A DNA stretch of 64,000 nt from a virus: IMG/VR virus record IMGVR_UViG_3300020401_000002, positions 4,778-68,777 of that record, one strand, 5' to 3'. Positions 30,401 through 38,805 of this stretch are shown here, piece by piece. The position numbers and the translations under genes are program-made. Numbering within the stretch: the stretch's first letter is position 1; the number at the start of each line of letters is the position of its first letter. Under the pieces are notes generated by a model. The model was not told the origin of the DNA, did no database searches, and saw only the letters and a list, made by a program, of their open reading frames with translations.

Positions 30401-31706
30401 TACTTACAACTGGTATATAATGACTGAAAACCCTCATGATGGTTCTACTACAGTTACTAATAAATACATGCTTAAAATTGATAATACTGGTGAAGTTCTA
30501 GATATTATTGATTGTTCTGTTGGTTCTACGACTACAACGTCTACTACTATTGCACCAGGAACACCAACAACAACAGTTAGTTTTGCAGCACAAAATTGTC
30601 CTGCTAGTTTTAGTTATGGAGCTTCAGGTGCACAAACATATCCTTCATTAACAAAAGTAAATTTAGGAACTGGAGTAGGATGGGTTGAGATAGATATATC
30701 AACATATCAATTACCTGATAAAATAGTAATAAAGTATTTAGGTGATATTGTATATGATACTGGTTATTTAGGCGATAGTAGTTACCAGTCAGATTTAGAT
30801 ACTGAATTAGCAAACAGAGGTCTGCCAAGTGAAACAATTACACAAGGAACTGGTGCTAATATTAGATGGTTTAAACCTCAAAGTTACTCATTGTTAGATG
30901 TAGAAGTATATGCACCATTAGCAGGTACAGGATGGGATGTAGATGTTTCTTGTCCAACTGCTCCAACGACAATACCACCAACAACTACTAGTAGTACGTC
31001 TAGTACAACGCTAGTTCCAACGACAACATTGTTCCCTACAACAACAACATCTACTATTGACACAGATGGAGATGGTATACCAGATCACATTGATCCAGAT
31101 GATGACAACGATGGATGCTACGATCACTTGGATAAATATCCAACAAATGCACAGTTTAATGCAGATGCATACTTCCAAGTATTTGCTGCAAGTGATAATT
31201 ATTTAGACACAGGTAACGGTCTTGCTAGTGTAGACGTGTCAGTATTTAGTCAATCTCTTACACCAACAGAGTTAAGACAAAGCTATCATCATATAGTCAA
31301 CTTAGGTAATGATATGCCTACAAACTTACAGATATGGGATCTAGGTCAAACATACTTTGGAACTTATCAAACTATGGCATCTAGTCAATACGCTAATGAT
31401 GGTTCAGATAACAGAGGATTCTATTATTACAACAAGAGACCACAGTTTGATGTATGTAATCATAACTATTGTTCTCCTCCTCCAGGATCTAATGTGTGTA
31501 TTATAAAAACATATGCTGATAAAGATTTTAGTGGAGGTCAGAATTCATTCCCAACATTTAATTTAACTCCATATTTTGCTATTATAAATTCAAGTGGTGG
31601 GCGTGTAGATGACTTATTTATAGTTAGATGGGAAGATGCAACAGTAGTGGCGTTATACACAGATGGAGTGGGATCTGCTAATCCAACATTACAAACATTA
31701 ACATAA
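27276..31706 (+). CDS. Mucin-like Ser/Thr-rich virion protein with Cys-bounded domains (probably the frameshifted continuation of the muzzle gene from 27399)
   Basis: About 1435 aa after the T tract; several long Ser/Thr tracts; repeated HNG..LP.VGD domains; DTDGDGIPD..DPDDDNDG acidic repeat. The predicted GTG-start segment before 27399 looks like an off-frame reading. Confidence 0.75.
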   Translation: MSSYMTMMHHRLLQRQQPRHRPRQRQVQQHLQQRHQRPFFFDTTTSTTLEPLPTTTESPEPTTTTAFVCKPFYIGTDADGDIFFSTNPDPCDRYDYFDEAFCHNGAGDLPDVFDTVYRIVNGQYTPFVGFNSWFSTSKTNAFRSQTQATQIGFDGTVMNKSACSAKELPTTSTSSTSSTTSSTTSSTTTSSTSSSTTSTSSTSSTTSTSSTTTSSTSSTTTSTSSTSSTSSTTLLPTSSTSTSSTSSSTSSSTSSSTSSSTSSSTSSSTSSSTSSTSSTSSTSSTTSTSSTSSTSSTSSSTIPTCNPFVLGTGTGTSVPYCNSDPAVACEAATRMLADMCHNGDTTIPEVGDRVRRINGIVLQGGNCWFHAGASSNADLSTEYYTHIIQIDNSGYVVSVYDCNPPTTSTTSSSTSSTTSSTTSTSSSTTSTSSTTTSSTSSSTTSTTSTSSTSSTTSSTSSTSSTTESPFTTTSTSSSTSTSTSSSTTSTSSTTLPPYTEIFRAPYHCNTSTHPTCSTSCTTPVQFDNQTLYFDGVLTPYQGYIYTDPQLTQPYFTGVFTYQGFSFDSNDKMQCKIAPMVIRTSQSGAIMDICAACPTTSTTSTSSSTTSTSSTTSTSSSTSSTTSSTSSSTSSSTTSTSSSTTSTSSSTTSTSSSTSSSTSSSTTSTSSSTTSTSSSTSSSTSSSTSSTSTSSTSSTTTFGCPTGSFPDGPYNYPIYLLRQLSGGGYVYANAYESTPYQPGDIVTLNAGSTNCYYVLCYYPTSAFTTNQASSVAGPCPTTTTTLQPTTSTSSSTSSSTSSSTSSSTSSSTSSSTSSSTSSSTSSSTTSTSSSTSSTTSSTSSSTSSSTSSTTLEPTTSTSSSTSSSTSSSTSSSTSSSTSSSTSSSTTSTSSSTSSTSSTSSTTIEPTTSTSSTTINPGLSTTTTSSTSSTTSSTSSTSTSTTSTSSTSSTSTSSTTLLPTSVFYLGSDQYAYAWFAKENYEFAQTFGGPTHWFHDFLCDINTFKQTKRHNGTNALPQVGDMIYNPNTSMFDGSLGGHQGSTYNWYIMTENPHDGSTTVTNKYMLKIDNTGEVLDIIDCSVGSTTTTSTTIAPGTPTTTVSFAAQNCPASFSYGASGAQTYPSLTKVNLGTGVGWVEIDISTYQLPDKIVIKYLGDIVYDTGYLGDSSYQSDLDTELANRGLPSETITQGTGANIRWFKPQSYSLLDVEVYAPLAGTGWDVDVSCPTAPTTIPPTTTSSTSSTTLVPTTTLFPTTTTSTIDTDGDGIPDHIDPDDDNDGCYDHLDKYPTNAQFNADAYFQVFAASDNYLDTGNGLASVDVSVFSQSLTPTELRQSYHHIVNLGNDMPTNLQIWDLGQTYFGTYQTMASSQYANDGSDNRGFYYYNKRPQFDVCNHNYCSPPPGSNVCIIKTYADKDFSGGQNSFPTFNLTPYFAIINSSGGRVDDLFIVRWEDATVVALYTDGVGSANPTLQTLT
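27389..27400 (+). other. T10 homopolymer / TTT-TGA slippery site joining two ORFs in the +1 frame
   Basis: ACC TTT TTT TTT TGA T; removing one T or shifting +1 reads TTFFFDTTTSTT and fuses the ORFs into 2719 aa. Confidence 0.75.
27781..30150 (+). repeat. Low-complexity Ser/Thr-coding tracts
   Basis: Main tracts at about 27781-28178, 28485-28757, 29066-29375 and 29612-30150, built from mixed TCT/TCA/AGT/AGC and ACA/ACT/ACG codons. Confidence 0.9.
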
Positions 31707-31718
31707 TTCGTAAATTTG
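31704..31718 (+). promoter_or_regulatory. TAnnTTTG promoter 4 nt before ATG
   Basis: TAATTCGTAAATTTG overlapping the upstream stop; one mismatch to 36040-36054. Confidence 0.7.
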
Positions 31719-31722
31719 TAAA

Positions 31723-34700
31723 ATGGCAAACAATGTACTAATACAAGCAACAACCATAAGGGAACTAAGCGTAGGAGAGCTAGGTCCTTTTACATTTAAA
31801 GCTGCTCAAGGAAAAATATTTTCTGGTCCTCCTAATATATGGATATATGGAAACGAATGGGATGGTAACGCAGAAGATATACTAGTTGTTGACGATACTG
31901 CTACTGATCATGCAATGACAGATAGATCTGGTAATGGTATATATGGTACACAGACTTTTAAAGTTAGTTTGAAATATGACATAGGCGATATAGAATGTGG
32001 TGATCAACCAAATAATATTGCTACAATAGATTTTCCTACAACTACCATAGGTGAAAATTGTATAGACGTTACAAGCAATATAGTTTTTTCATACTTTAAT
32101 ACTGGTGGCGATTTCCCTATATTCAGTCCTTTTGTTTATCCAAGAGAAATACCACAAAATGAATACATAGGAGATTCAGGAGGAAGTTATGGTGTTGCAG
32201 CTTTAAGCACACAAACATATACTTTTTATGTAGCACAAGAAACAAACGCATGTACATTTTATACATCAACTCTTATAAATGGTGGAGCAGCTTTTGGAAT
32301 TAGTGCTCAATATTCAAAAACAGTTAGTGTTACGACTAATGTTTATACTGGATCTATAGATATTTATTGGGGTACTATAACATTAGTTGTTAACGGTGAT
32401 TTTGTAAGTGCAAGTATGATATTTGATAATGGTTTAAGAGGCACAGAAAACTGGATTACTTGGAATGATAAATGCGATTTTTCAGCAGGAAGAAGAAGAA
32501 CTGGTGTATCTACAGGTATACATACTTTAGTAAAAACAAATAACTGTGAGTTTATAGGAGGAAAAAGAACACCAATATACTCAGCAACAACTAACAGTCA
32601 ATCTAGTTCTTATGTCATTATGCAGTCTGCCACAAACGGTTATGGATGGGGTGCAGTAAATCAAGCTAGAGCTGCTGATTGGAATAGTAATAGTGCCGAG
32701 ATTATTGAGCCATATGGTAGGAATTATGATGAAGGAGGCTCAGGCACTATAATAACTGTTTATGCAAACGGTATTGTTAGGAGATCTATAGATAGAGGTG
32801 AAACTTATCAAAGCACAACTTTCCCTAATACATGGAGCACTGGTACATTTCAGACTAGAATAGAAGATGTAGCATATGCAGGTGTAAATGCATCTGGAAA
32901 TAAAGTTTGGTATTGTATAGGTATGTATTTACAAACAGTATCTAGTATTCAATATTTAAACGAAGCAGGGTTTTTTATATCAGAGGACGATGGACAAACA
33001 TGGAGTTTTGTAGATCAATATACAGACAACTCAGGTGGTGATGATTTACAAAGAACTGTAGAGTACTACGGAACTACAGGTTCTTTTCATAGACAATTTA
33101 GAATTCATGCTAATCTAGATAAAAACTATGTGTTTATAGAAGTTACTGGTATGAAACATTCAGATACTAGTTTTACACAACAAGTTTTATTTAAATATCA
33201 TCCAAGTCAAACAGGAAGTAGTAACCCACAAGCAAAAGTTGCTCCTGTTGCAGAGTTTGTGTCAGTAGGCAGTACTCCAGTTTCGTGGGATTATGCAGAT
33301 ACTTTTCAAGTAAATAATAATGTACCTGGAGGAGGATCAAATGGTGTGAACAACATGAGAGATCCTGGTGTAATGTTCGCAGTAAATGATGCTAGTGGTG
33401 TTTGTATTTGGATGCAAGGCACAATGTATATGATGTCTTGGAATTGGGGATTGAATTGGACTGAAGATAAAGATATGATGACGAACATAGGTACAACAAA
33501 AGTCCATCCAACAACAGGACTAACATTGTTGTATCCAGAACGAGCACCAGATGTAGTGTTTTATGATGGTCAATTATTAGCGTTAACATCTCAAAAATAT
33601 GGTGAGACAAGTTCTACTTCATTTAGAAATTATAGTGTCGTTAATGATGTTAATGACAGATTGATAGATGGTATGATGAGGATTGTAGTAAAGCAAAACG
33701 ATTTAGTTACAGGCGAAGTTTTAGATGACTTTACAACTTACACTACATACGGTCAAGTGCCATCAGTTACTAGTACTGATTTTGGTCCATACAATCAAGT
33801 GTACGGAAGTGGTGCACCTATTAGTTTTGGGAATGGTAGGGGATACATATATATGGGTTATCAGACAGATTTAGATCCTTCATATGTCAATGTATACTTT
33901 ATGGTATATGATTTTGCAAATGATACAGTTTTAAATAACGGTGACTTAAATAGTTTTGCAGGTGGAATCATGCCAGACATAAGAGGTGTTCATGGAAATA
34001 CTGTGTATTTTTCACCAAATTCTAATGGACCAACTATAACTACTAGAAATGTTTTATATAAAACTACAGATAATTTTGCTACAGCATCCGTTGTTTTTAC
34101 TGGTCCAAAAACTAACTCTTATTCTACAACACTTTGTGAATATGATGGAAGTTCAAACAATTTTATAGTTACACAAACAAGTAGTGGGTATGTAAATCCT
34201 GGTGATGCATTATATTATTCTACAGATGGGAGTACTTTTACTGCTGTTGCAAATCTCAGCAACATAGGTGATGGTACATCCTGGAATACTGCTACCATAA
34301 GCAAGAATTGTTTTATAGGAAGTAATTGTGTTATGGAAAACGGATACATTTATTTTCTAGATGACACTAGACAAAGTACATATGGAACTTTAGGAAGATC
34401 TTTTGTTATCCCTGTGTCTGAAATAGCAGATGCTAGTACTTGGGTTAACTATGAAATTACTAGTGCGTTAAAAAATAACAATGGAAGTTACAATGGTGTA
34501 ACTAGGATAGTTGCTATAGATGATAAAGCAATAATAAAATATGGTAGTAACGAATGGCAATACACTACTAATCAAGGTACTAGCTGGACTGACCTTACTT
34601 CTATAACCGACACTTCTGGGAATGTATGGTCTACAAGTGATTTGAATAGTTTTTATGCACAAAAAAATCATAATGCAGGACAATTTATCCTAGCTTATCA

Positions 34701-36042
34701 ATCAGCTTATAATAAGGCTAATACTATATTAGGAACTTGGTGGCAAATATTATGGACAACTGACTTTAGTACCTGGGAGTTTGCTGAATGGTATCAGCAG
34801 GATCCAAATGGCGACAACAATTCTTCTACTCCAAACTTAGGCGGATGGACAGGGGATGGAACTAACGGTGATATAATTGCTACATTTAGGCAAAGTAATT
34901 CATACACACAAAAATTAAGAAAGGTAGTTGTTTCAGATTCACAAGCAACAGCAAATCCAGCCATATCTAGTTTTATAGATACATGGGAGGTTATTCAAGA
35001 TTATGAATATGTTCCTGCTGCTAACACAAGTGCAACAACTATTCAAAACGGAGCATATACAGATTGCCTGTATATAGATAAAAATACTGATTCTGGTGTG
35101 CCTATGTTAATGACTAATCACATAAATTCAGTAACATGCTATCCTGAGCCATTAACACCTAATGTTGCTAATGGACCAATAGGAGAAATTATAGCACCTA
35201 CTTATACTGGATCGACTGCCTTTACTTACGCTCCTGCAACACAACAATATAAATACAGAGCTAGTTCCGAACAACCGTTTAGTATTGTATACACAAAATC
35301 AAATGGTGCATTGATGCAATATGATGGAGTGTTCGATATATTAGTTTATAGTCTTTCCGAACCTGTATTAATTGAAGGTTTTGTAAATCAGGATATAGAT
35401 GTAAGTATTAATGAATTAATTAATAGATTCCCAACACAACCTAATAATGCAGATCCTAACTTTGCTGCTTATGTTTATTTTAATAGAGAGATAGTATGTT
35501 ATGAGCATTGGAATATTACAGCTACTGGTTCTCAAAATGGCGTTACATGGTCGCCTACAGCAGACATAGGTTACATACCTACAGCATCTGCAATCAATAC
35601 TACACAAATGAGACATACATTCAACAGAGAAGATGTTGCTTTATTAAGTAGTGCAGGAGAACTCTTTAATGATCAAAAAACATACACTAATGATTTTGCA
35701 ATAGAGGTTCCAACAGGATATGATATGGACAATCAGGGAATAGGATTTCCTCTGACTTATAGTTATGGTCAATATCTTTTATGTTTCCCTCCTTCGGATA
35801 ATAGAAAGTTAGACCTTATAGGTCTTAAATGGTATGCTGATTTGAATGGTACACAATACGCTGACGGTTATTATTGGTATGAGAACTTGACTGATTATAG
35901 TTTTGGAGGTTTTATAACTGGGTATGCTTCTATGACTCATCCCTGGGCTAATATAGATGACAACACATTTTTGCGTATACAAAATGGTTTTGTTACCGAG
36001 GTTGGACATGCTAAAGATTTACCTAATTATGATCGATGTTAA
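31723..36042 (+). CDS. Large Asp-box (BNR) beta-propeller protein, putative receptor-binding/appendage protein
   Basis: Asp-box-like repeats SIDRGETY, SEDDGQTW, SWNWGLNW, TTDNFAT, STDGSTF, TTNQGTSW, TTDFSTW; rich in G/S/T/N/Y. Confidence 0.65.
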   Translation: MANNVLIQATTIRELSVGELGPFTFKAAQGKIFSGPPNIWIYGNEWDGNAEDILVVDDTATDHAMTDRSGNGIYGTQTFKVSLKYDIGDIECGDQPNNIATIDFPTTTIGENCIDVTSNIVFSYFNTGGDFPIFSPFVYPREIPQNEYIGDSGGSYGVAALSTQTYTFYVAQETNACTFYTSTLINGGAAFGISAQYSKTVSVTTNVYTGSIDIYWGTITLVVNGDFVSASMIFDNGLRGTENWITWNDKCDFSAGRRRTGVSTGIHTLVKTNNCEFIGGKRTPIYSATTNSQSSSYVIMQSATNGYGWGAVNQARAADWNSNSAEIIEPYGRNYDEGGSGTIITVYANGIVRRSIDRGETYQSTTFPNTWSTGTFQTRIEDVAYAGVNASGNKVWYCIGMYLQTVSSIQYLNEAGFFISEDDGQTWSFVDQYTDNSGGDDLQRTVEYYGTTGSFHRQFRIHANLDKNYVFIEVTGMKHSDTSFTQQVLFKYHPSQTGSSNPQAKVAPVAEFVSVGSTPVSWDYADTFQVNNNVPGGGSNGVNNMRDPGVMFAVNDASGVCIWMQGTMYMMSWNWGLNWTEDKDMMTNIGTTKVHPTTGLTLLYPERAPDVVFYDGQLLALTSQKYGETSSTSFRNYSVVNDVNDRLIDGMMRIVVKQNDLVTGEVLDDFTTYTTYGQVPSVTSTDFGPYNQVYGSGAPISFGNGRGYIYMGYQTDLDPSYVNVYFMVYDFANDTVLNNGDLNSFAGGIMPDIRGVHGNTVYFSPNSNGPTITTRNVLYKTTDNFATASVVFTGPKTNSYSTTLCEYDGSSNNFIVTQTSSGYVNPGDALYYSTDGSTFTAVANLSNIGDGTSWNTATISKNCFIGSNCVMENGYIYFLDDTRQSTYGTLGRSFVIPVSEIADASTWVNYEITSALKNNNGSYNGVTRIVAIDDKAIIKYGSNEWQYTTNQGTSWTDLTSITDTSGNVWSTSDLNSFYAQKNHNAGQFILAYQSAYNKANTILGTWWQILWTTDFSTWEFAEWYQQDPNGDNNSSTPNLGGWTGDGTNGDIIATFRQSNSYTQKLRKVVVSDSQATANPAISSFIDTWEVIQDYEYVPAANTSATTIQNGAYTDCLYIDKNTDSGVPMLMTNHINSVTCYPEPLTPNVANGPIGEIIAPTYTGSTAFTYAPATQQYKYRASSEQPFSIVYTKSNGALMQYDGVFDILVYSLSEPVLIEGFVNQDIDVSINELINRFPTQPNNADPNFAAYVYFNREIVCYEHWNITATGSQNGVTWSPTADIGYIPTASAINTTQMRHTFNREDVALLSSAGELFNDQKTYTNDFAIEVPTGYDMDNQGIGFPLTYSYGQYLLCFPPSDNRKLDLIGLKWYADLNGTQYADGYYWYENLTDYSFGGFITGYASMTHPWANIDDNTFLRIQNGFVTEVGHAKDLPNYDRC

Positions 36043-36054
36043 TTCGTATATTTG
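36040..36054 (+). promoter_or_regulatory. TAnnTTTG promoter 3 nt before ATG
   Basis: TAATTCGTATATTTG-CAT-ATG(36058). Confidence 0.7.
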
Positions 36055-36057
36055 CAT

Positions 36058-37020
36058 ATGGCTAAATATAGATCTGGATACGCAAACGTAGAGACTTTAA
36101 GAAAGTATGTTAATGGAAAACCGACTAACATTACAAAAGAGAATGTTCCAAGTGATCCTGACTACAGACCTAAATACCTATCAGACCAATGTGATGTAAA
36201 TACTGATATCCCAAACGGTGTTTACAGTCTTCCTATAGAAGCAGATCCATATGTTACTGATGCATATGTTAGTCCTGAAAAATCAGACAAACAAGAAAGC
36301 ACTCTAAGTTTTAATGAAATGAATAAAGGATGGACATCTTTTCATTCATACATTCCAGAGTTTTTGGAAAATATAAACAGTGACTTTTACTCATTTAAAA
36401 ATGGTCAACTATATAAACATCATGCAAATGAGGACAATAGAAATACTTTTTATGGTCAGGCATATAACACAGAATTAGGTTTTGTTTCTAATCCTGCACC
36501 ATCTGAAAACAAAATATTTAAGACAATAGAAATAGAAGGTGACAGTGGAGATTGGGATGTTACTGTCATGACTAATTTAGATAGTGGTCACGTTAACAAG
36601 GAATCTTTCAAAAAGAAAGAAGGATTTTATTATGCATACATAAGAAGAGACAACGATGACATTACTAATACCCAACTGTTATCAGTTCAGGGTATAGGCA
36701 ACTTAATACTACTCGACAATCTAACTTATCAATTTAATTTTGTGCCTAGTACTATTGCAATAGGCGATAGTTTATATCGTGCTCAAGGAGGATCATATCA
36801 ATTAATAGGTGTGGTATCTGGTAGAACAGCACAGACACTAACCGTAGGAGGTTCCACAGTCGTACCTAACCCAGGAGACTTTTTCTTCGGAGCCAAATCA
36901 CCAATAGCAGAAAGTTATGGATTGAAGGGGTATTTTGCTAACATTAAGCTAGTAAGTAACAGCACCTCACCAGTAGAAATCTTTGCAGTAAACTCAGAGA
37001 TTTCAAAAAGCTTTCCATAA
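36058..37020 (+). CDS. Tail stabilisation/muzzle protein, C-terminal part with separate N-terminal module
   Basis: TLSFNE..KGWTSFHSYIPE...FYSFKNGQLYKH...NTFYG, KIFKTIEIEG, KKEG.YYAYI and LKGYF motifs, which I recognise as the C-terminus of such proteins; true start probably ATG 36058. Confidence 0.7.
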   Translation: MAKYRSGYANVETLRKYVNGKPTNITKENVPSDPDYRPKYLSDQCDVNTDIPNGVYSLPIEADPYVTDAYVSPEKSDKQESTLSFNEMNKGWTSFHSYIPEFLENINSDFYSFKNGQLYKHHANEDNRNTFYGQAYNTELGFVSNPAPSENKIFKTIEIEGDSGDWDVTVMTNLDSGHVNKESFKKKEGFYYAYIRRDNDDITNTQLLSVQGIGNLILLDNLTYQFNFVPSTIAIGDSLYRAQGGSYQLIGVVSGRTAQTLTVGGSTVVPNPGDFFFGAKSPIAESYGLKGYFANIKLVSNSTSPVEIFAVNSEISKSFP

Positions 37021-37964
37021 TGATATACCTTTGTGCTCAACCAGCAACCAAATATTACGCATGGCAAATAGATGTAATGCTGTGGTCTTTTAAACAGCAA
37101 GGCGTTCTTTTAGATAATTGTCATATAGTTTGTGCTAAACACGGTGAGATAGATCCTCATTTTAATATAATGATATCTAAATATCCAGGTGTCAACTTTT
37201 CTTTTTATGATGACACAAGATTAGATAAAAGATATATATCAAGCATAAGACCTCATATTATACAAAAACACTACGAGGCATATCCTTTTTTATTTACTAG
37301 TTCAGTTTTTTATCATGATTGCGATATAGCTTTAGTTAAACCTATGCCAGAAGAAAAATTATCTAGAGATGATATTTGCTATGTTTCTGATACAATTTCT
37401 TATATAGGTTATGATTATATATTATCTAAAGGACGTGATGTTTTAGATAAAATGTTATGTGTAATGGCTATAGACGAAGAGACAGTTAAAAAGAATCAAT
37501 GGCATTCAGGTGGTGCACAATACATTATAAAGAATGTAGATAAGTATTACTGGATGGATGTAGAAAGAGATTCTAATAGATTATTTATTGATGTAACAGA
37601 ACTCAATAATCAAAAGAAAGCTGCTGATCCTTCTCATCACGAATTACAAATATGGTGTGCTGATATGTGGGCAGTCCTATGGAACCTATGGAAAAGAGGA
37701 AAACATACTATGGTAATTCCAGAGATGGATTTTACCTGGTCAACTTCAAGTATAAATAACTGGGGAGAACATTCTATTTATCATAATGCTGGTGTAGTAG
37801 GAGATGCAAAAGACAGGCAGTTTTTCAAGGCAGAGTTTATGGATAAATTCCCTGACTTAGATAGAGAGTATGAAACTAATACATGTGGTCATAAATATTA
37901 TGAGATGGTAAAGAAAGCTTTATCGCCTAAAGAACACATTGTAGATGTTAAGATACTACCATGA
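37020..37964 (+). CDS. GT-A glycosyltransferase resembling HPAT / peptidyl-serine galactosyltransferase (GT95/GT96)-like enzymes
   Basis: YYAWQ..VM..SF N-terminus, Y..SIRPH, DxD (YHDCD), GGAQY, WCADMWA and IYHN motifs. Confidence 0.55.
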   Translation: MIYLCAQPATKYYAWQIDVMLWSFKQQGVLLDNCHIVCAKHGEIDPHFNIMISKYPGVNFSFYDDTRLDKRYISSIRPHIIQKHYEAYPFLFTSSVFYHDCDIALVKPMPEEKLSRDDICYVSDTISYIGYDYILSKGRDVLDKMLCVMAIDEETVKKNQWHSGGAQYIIKNVDKYYWMDVERDSNRLFIDVTELNNQKKAADPSHHELQIWCADMWAVLWNLWKRGKHTMVIPEMDFTWSTSSINNWGEHSIYHNAGVVGDAKDRQFFKAEFMDKFPDLDREYETNTCGHKYYEMVKKALSPKEHIVDVKILP

Positions 37965-38107
37965 AAAATATAATTAAGTGTAGTCAATGTGAAGAAGAGT
38001 TCCCTAATGGTTACGACTATAGAATGCATTGGGAACAAGTACACTTTTATCCGTTCTTAAAAAAAAACAAATTTGATCATGTATCCGCATTAAAAAAACA
38101 AAAATGA
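37961..38107 (+). CDS. Small C2H2 zinc-finger protein, 48 aa
   Basis: Hand-translated MKNIIKCSQCEEEFPNGYDYRMHWEQVHFYPFLKKNKFDHVSALKKQK = C-x2-C-x3-F-x8-H-x4-H; ATGA overlaps at both ends. Confidence 0.65.
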   Translation: MKNIIKCSQCEEEFPNGYDYRMHWEQVHFYPFLKKNKFDHVSALKKQK

Positions 38108-38805
38108 TATCTGTAATTACTTTAACATACAAAAGACACCACATACTAGAAGAAGCAATAGAATCTTTTTTAAGACAAAACAGAGATGACTGTGAGATGA
38201 TTGTAATAAATGATGCACCTAATGTAACATATAAGTCATTATATCCATACCCTAATGTTAGAATTATTAATTGTCCACACAGGTTTGGATCTATAATAGA
38301 GAAATTAAAGTTTGGATTTACTGTTGCGAACCATAAATACATGTATAGATTAGACGATGATGATCTACTCACTGAGTTTGCTCTTAGAGATAGTATAAAA
38401 GCTATAGAAGAAAATCCAGGATATGATGTGTATAGATCTAAAGGACATTATTTTTTCTCTAATAATGAATATGGAGACAGAGGTTCATCAATAAACAACG
38501 GTAACATATACACTAAAGATTATATAAATAGTATACAAGAGTGGAAAAACAAATCATTCGGTGAAGACAACTGGCTAACTTTTTTTCATGATGGTAAAGT
38601 ACATGAGTATGATGCCATGAGTATGATTTATAGGTGGGGTATGTATACATATCATATCTCAGGAATGGGTGATGTAGATCAGGAAGAGATGTTTGAAAGG
38701 GTAGATAAAGATATGAATGAAGATGGAGAATATATATTAGTACCAAGATTTATAGAAAATTATTATGAGCAAATCAGAACAAAAGACAAACTTGCAGCAG
38801 TTTAG
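38104..38805 (+). CDS. Glycosyltransferase family 2
   Basis: ISVITLTY.R...L.EAIESFL.Q, IVIND, LDDDD and GED motifs of the GT2 GT-A fold. Confidence 0.85.
   Translation: MISVITLTYKRHHILEEAIESFLRQNRDDCEMIVINDAPNVTYKSLYPYPNVRIINCPHRFGSIIEKLKFGFTVANHKYMYRLDDDDLLTEFALRDSIKAIEENPGYDVYRSKGHYFFSNNEYGDRGSSINNGNIYTKDYINSIQEWKNKSFGEDNWLTFFHDGKVHEYDAMSMIYRWGMYTYHISGMGDVDQEEMFERVDKDMNEDGEYILVPRFIENYYEQIRTKDKLAAV

Noticed and set aside
27400-36057. Intron, intein or mobile element explaining the split muzzle gene
   Set aside because: The insert encodes structural-type proteins with their own promoter boxes; no homing endonuclease, transposase, intein termini or terminal repeats were seen.
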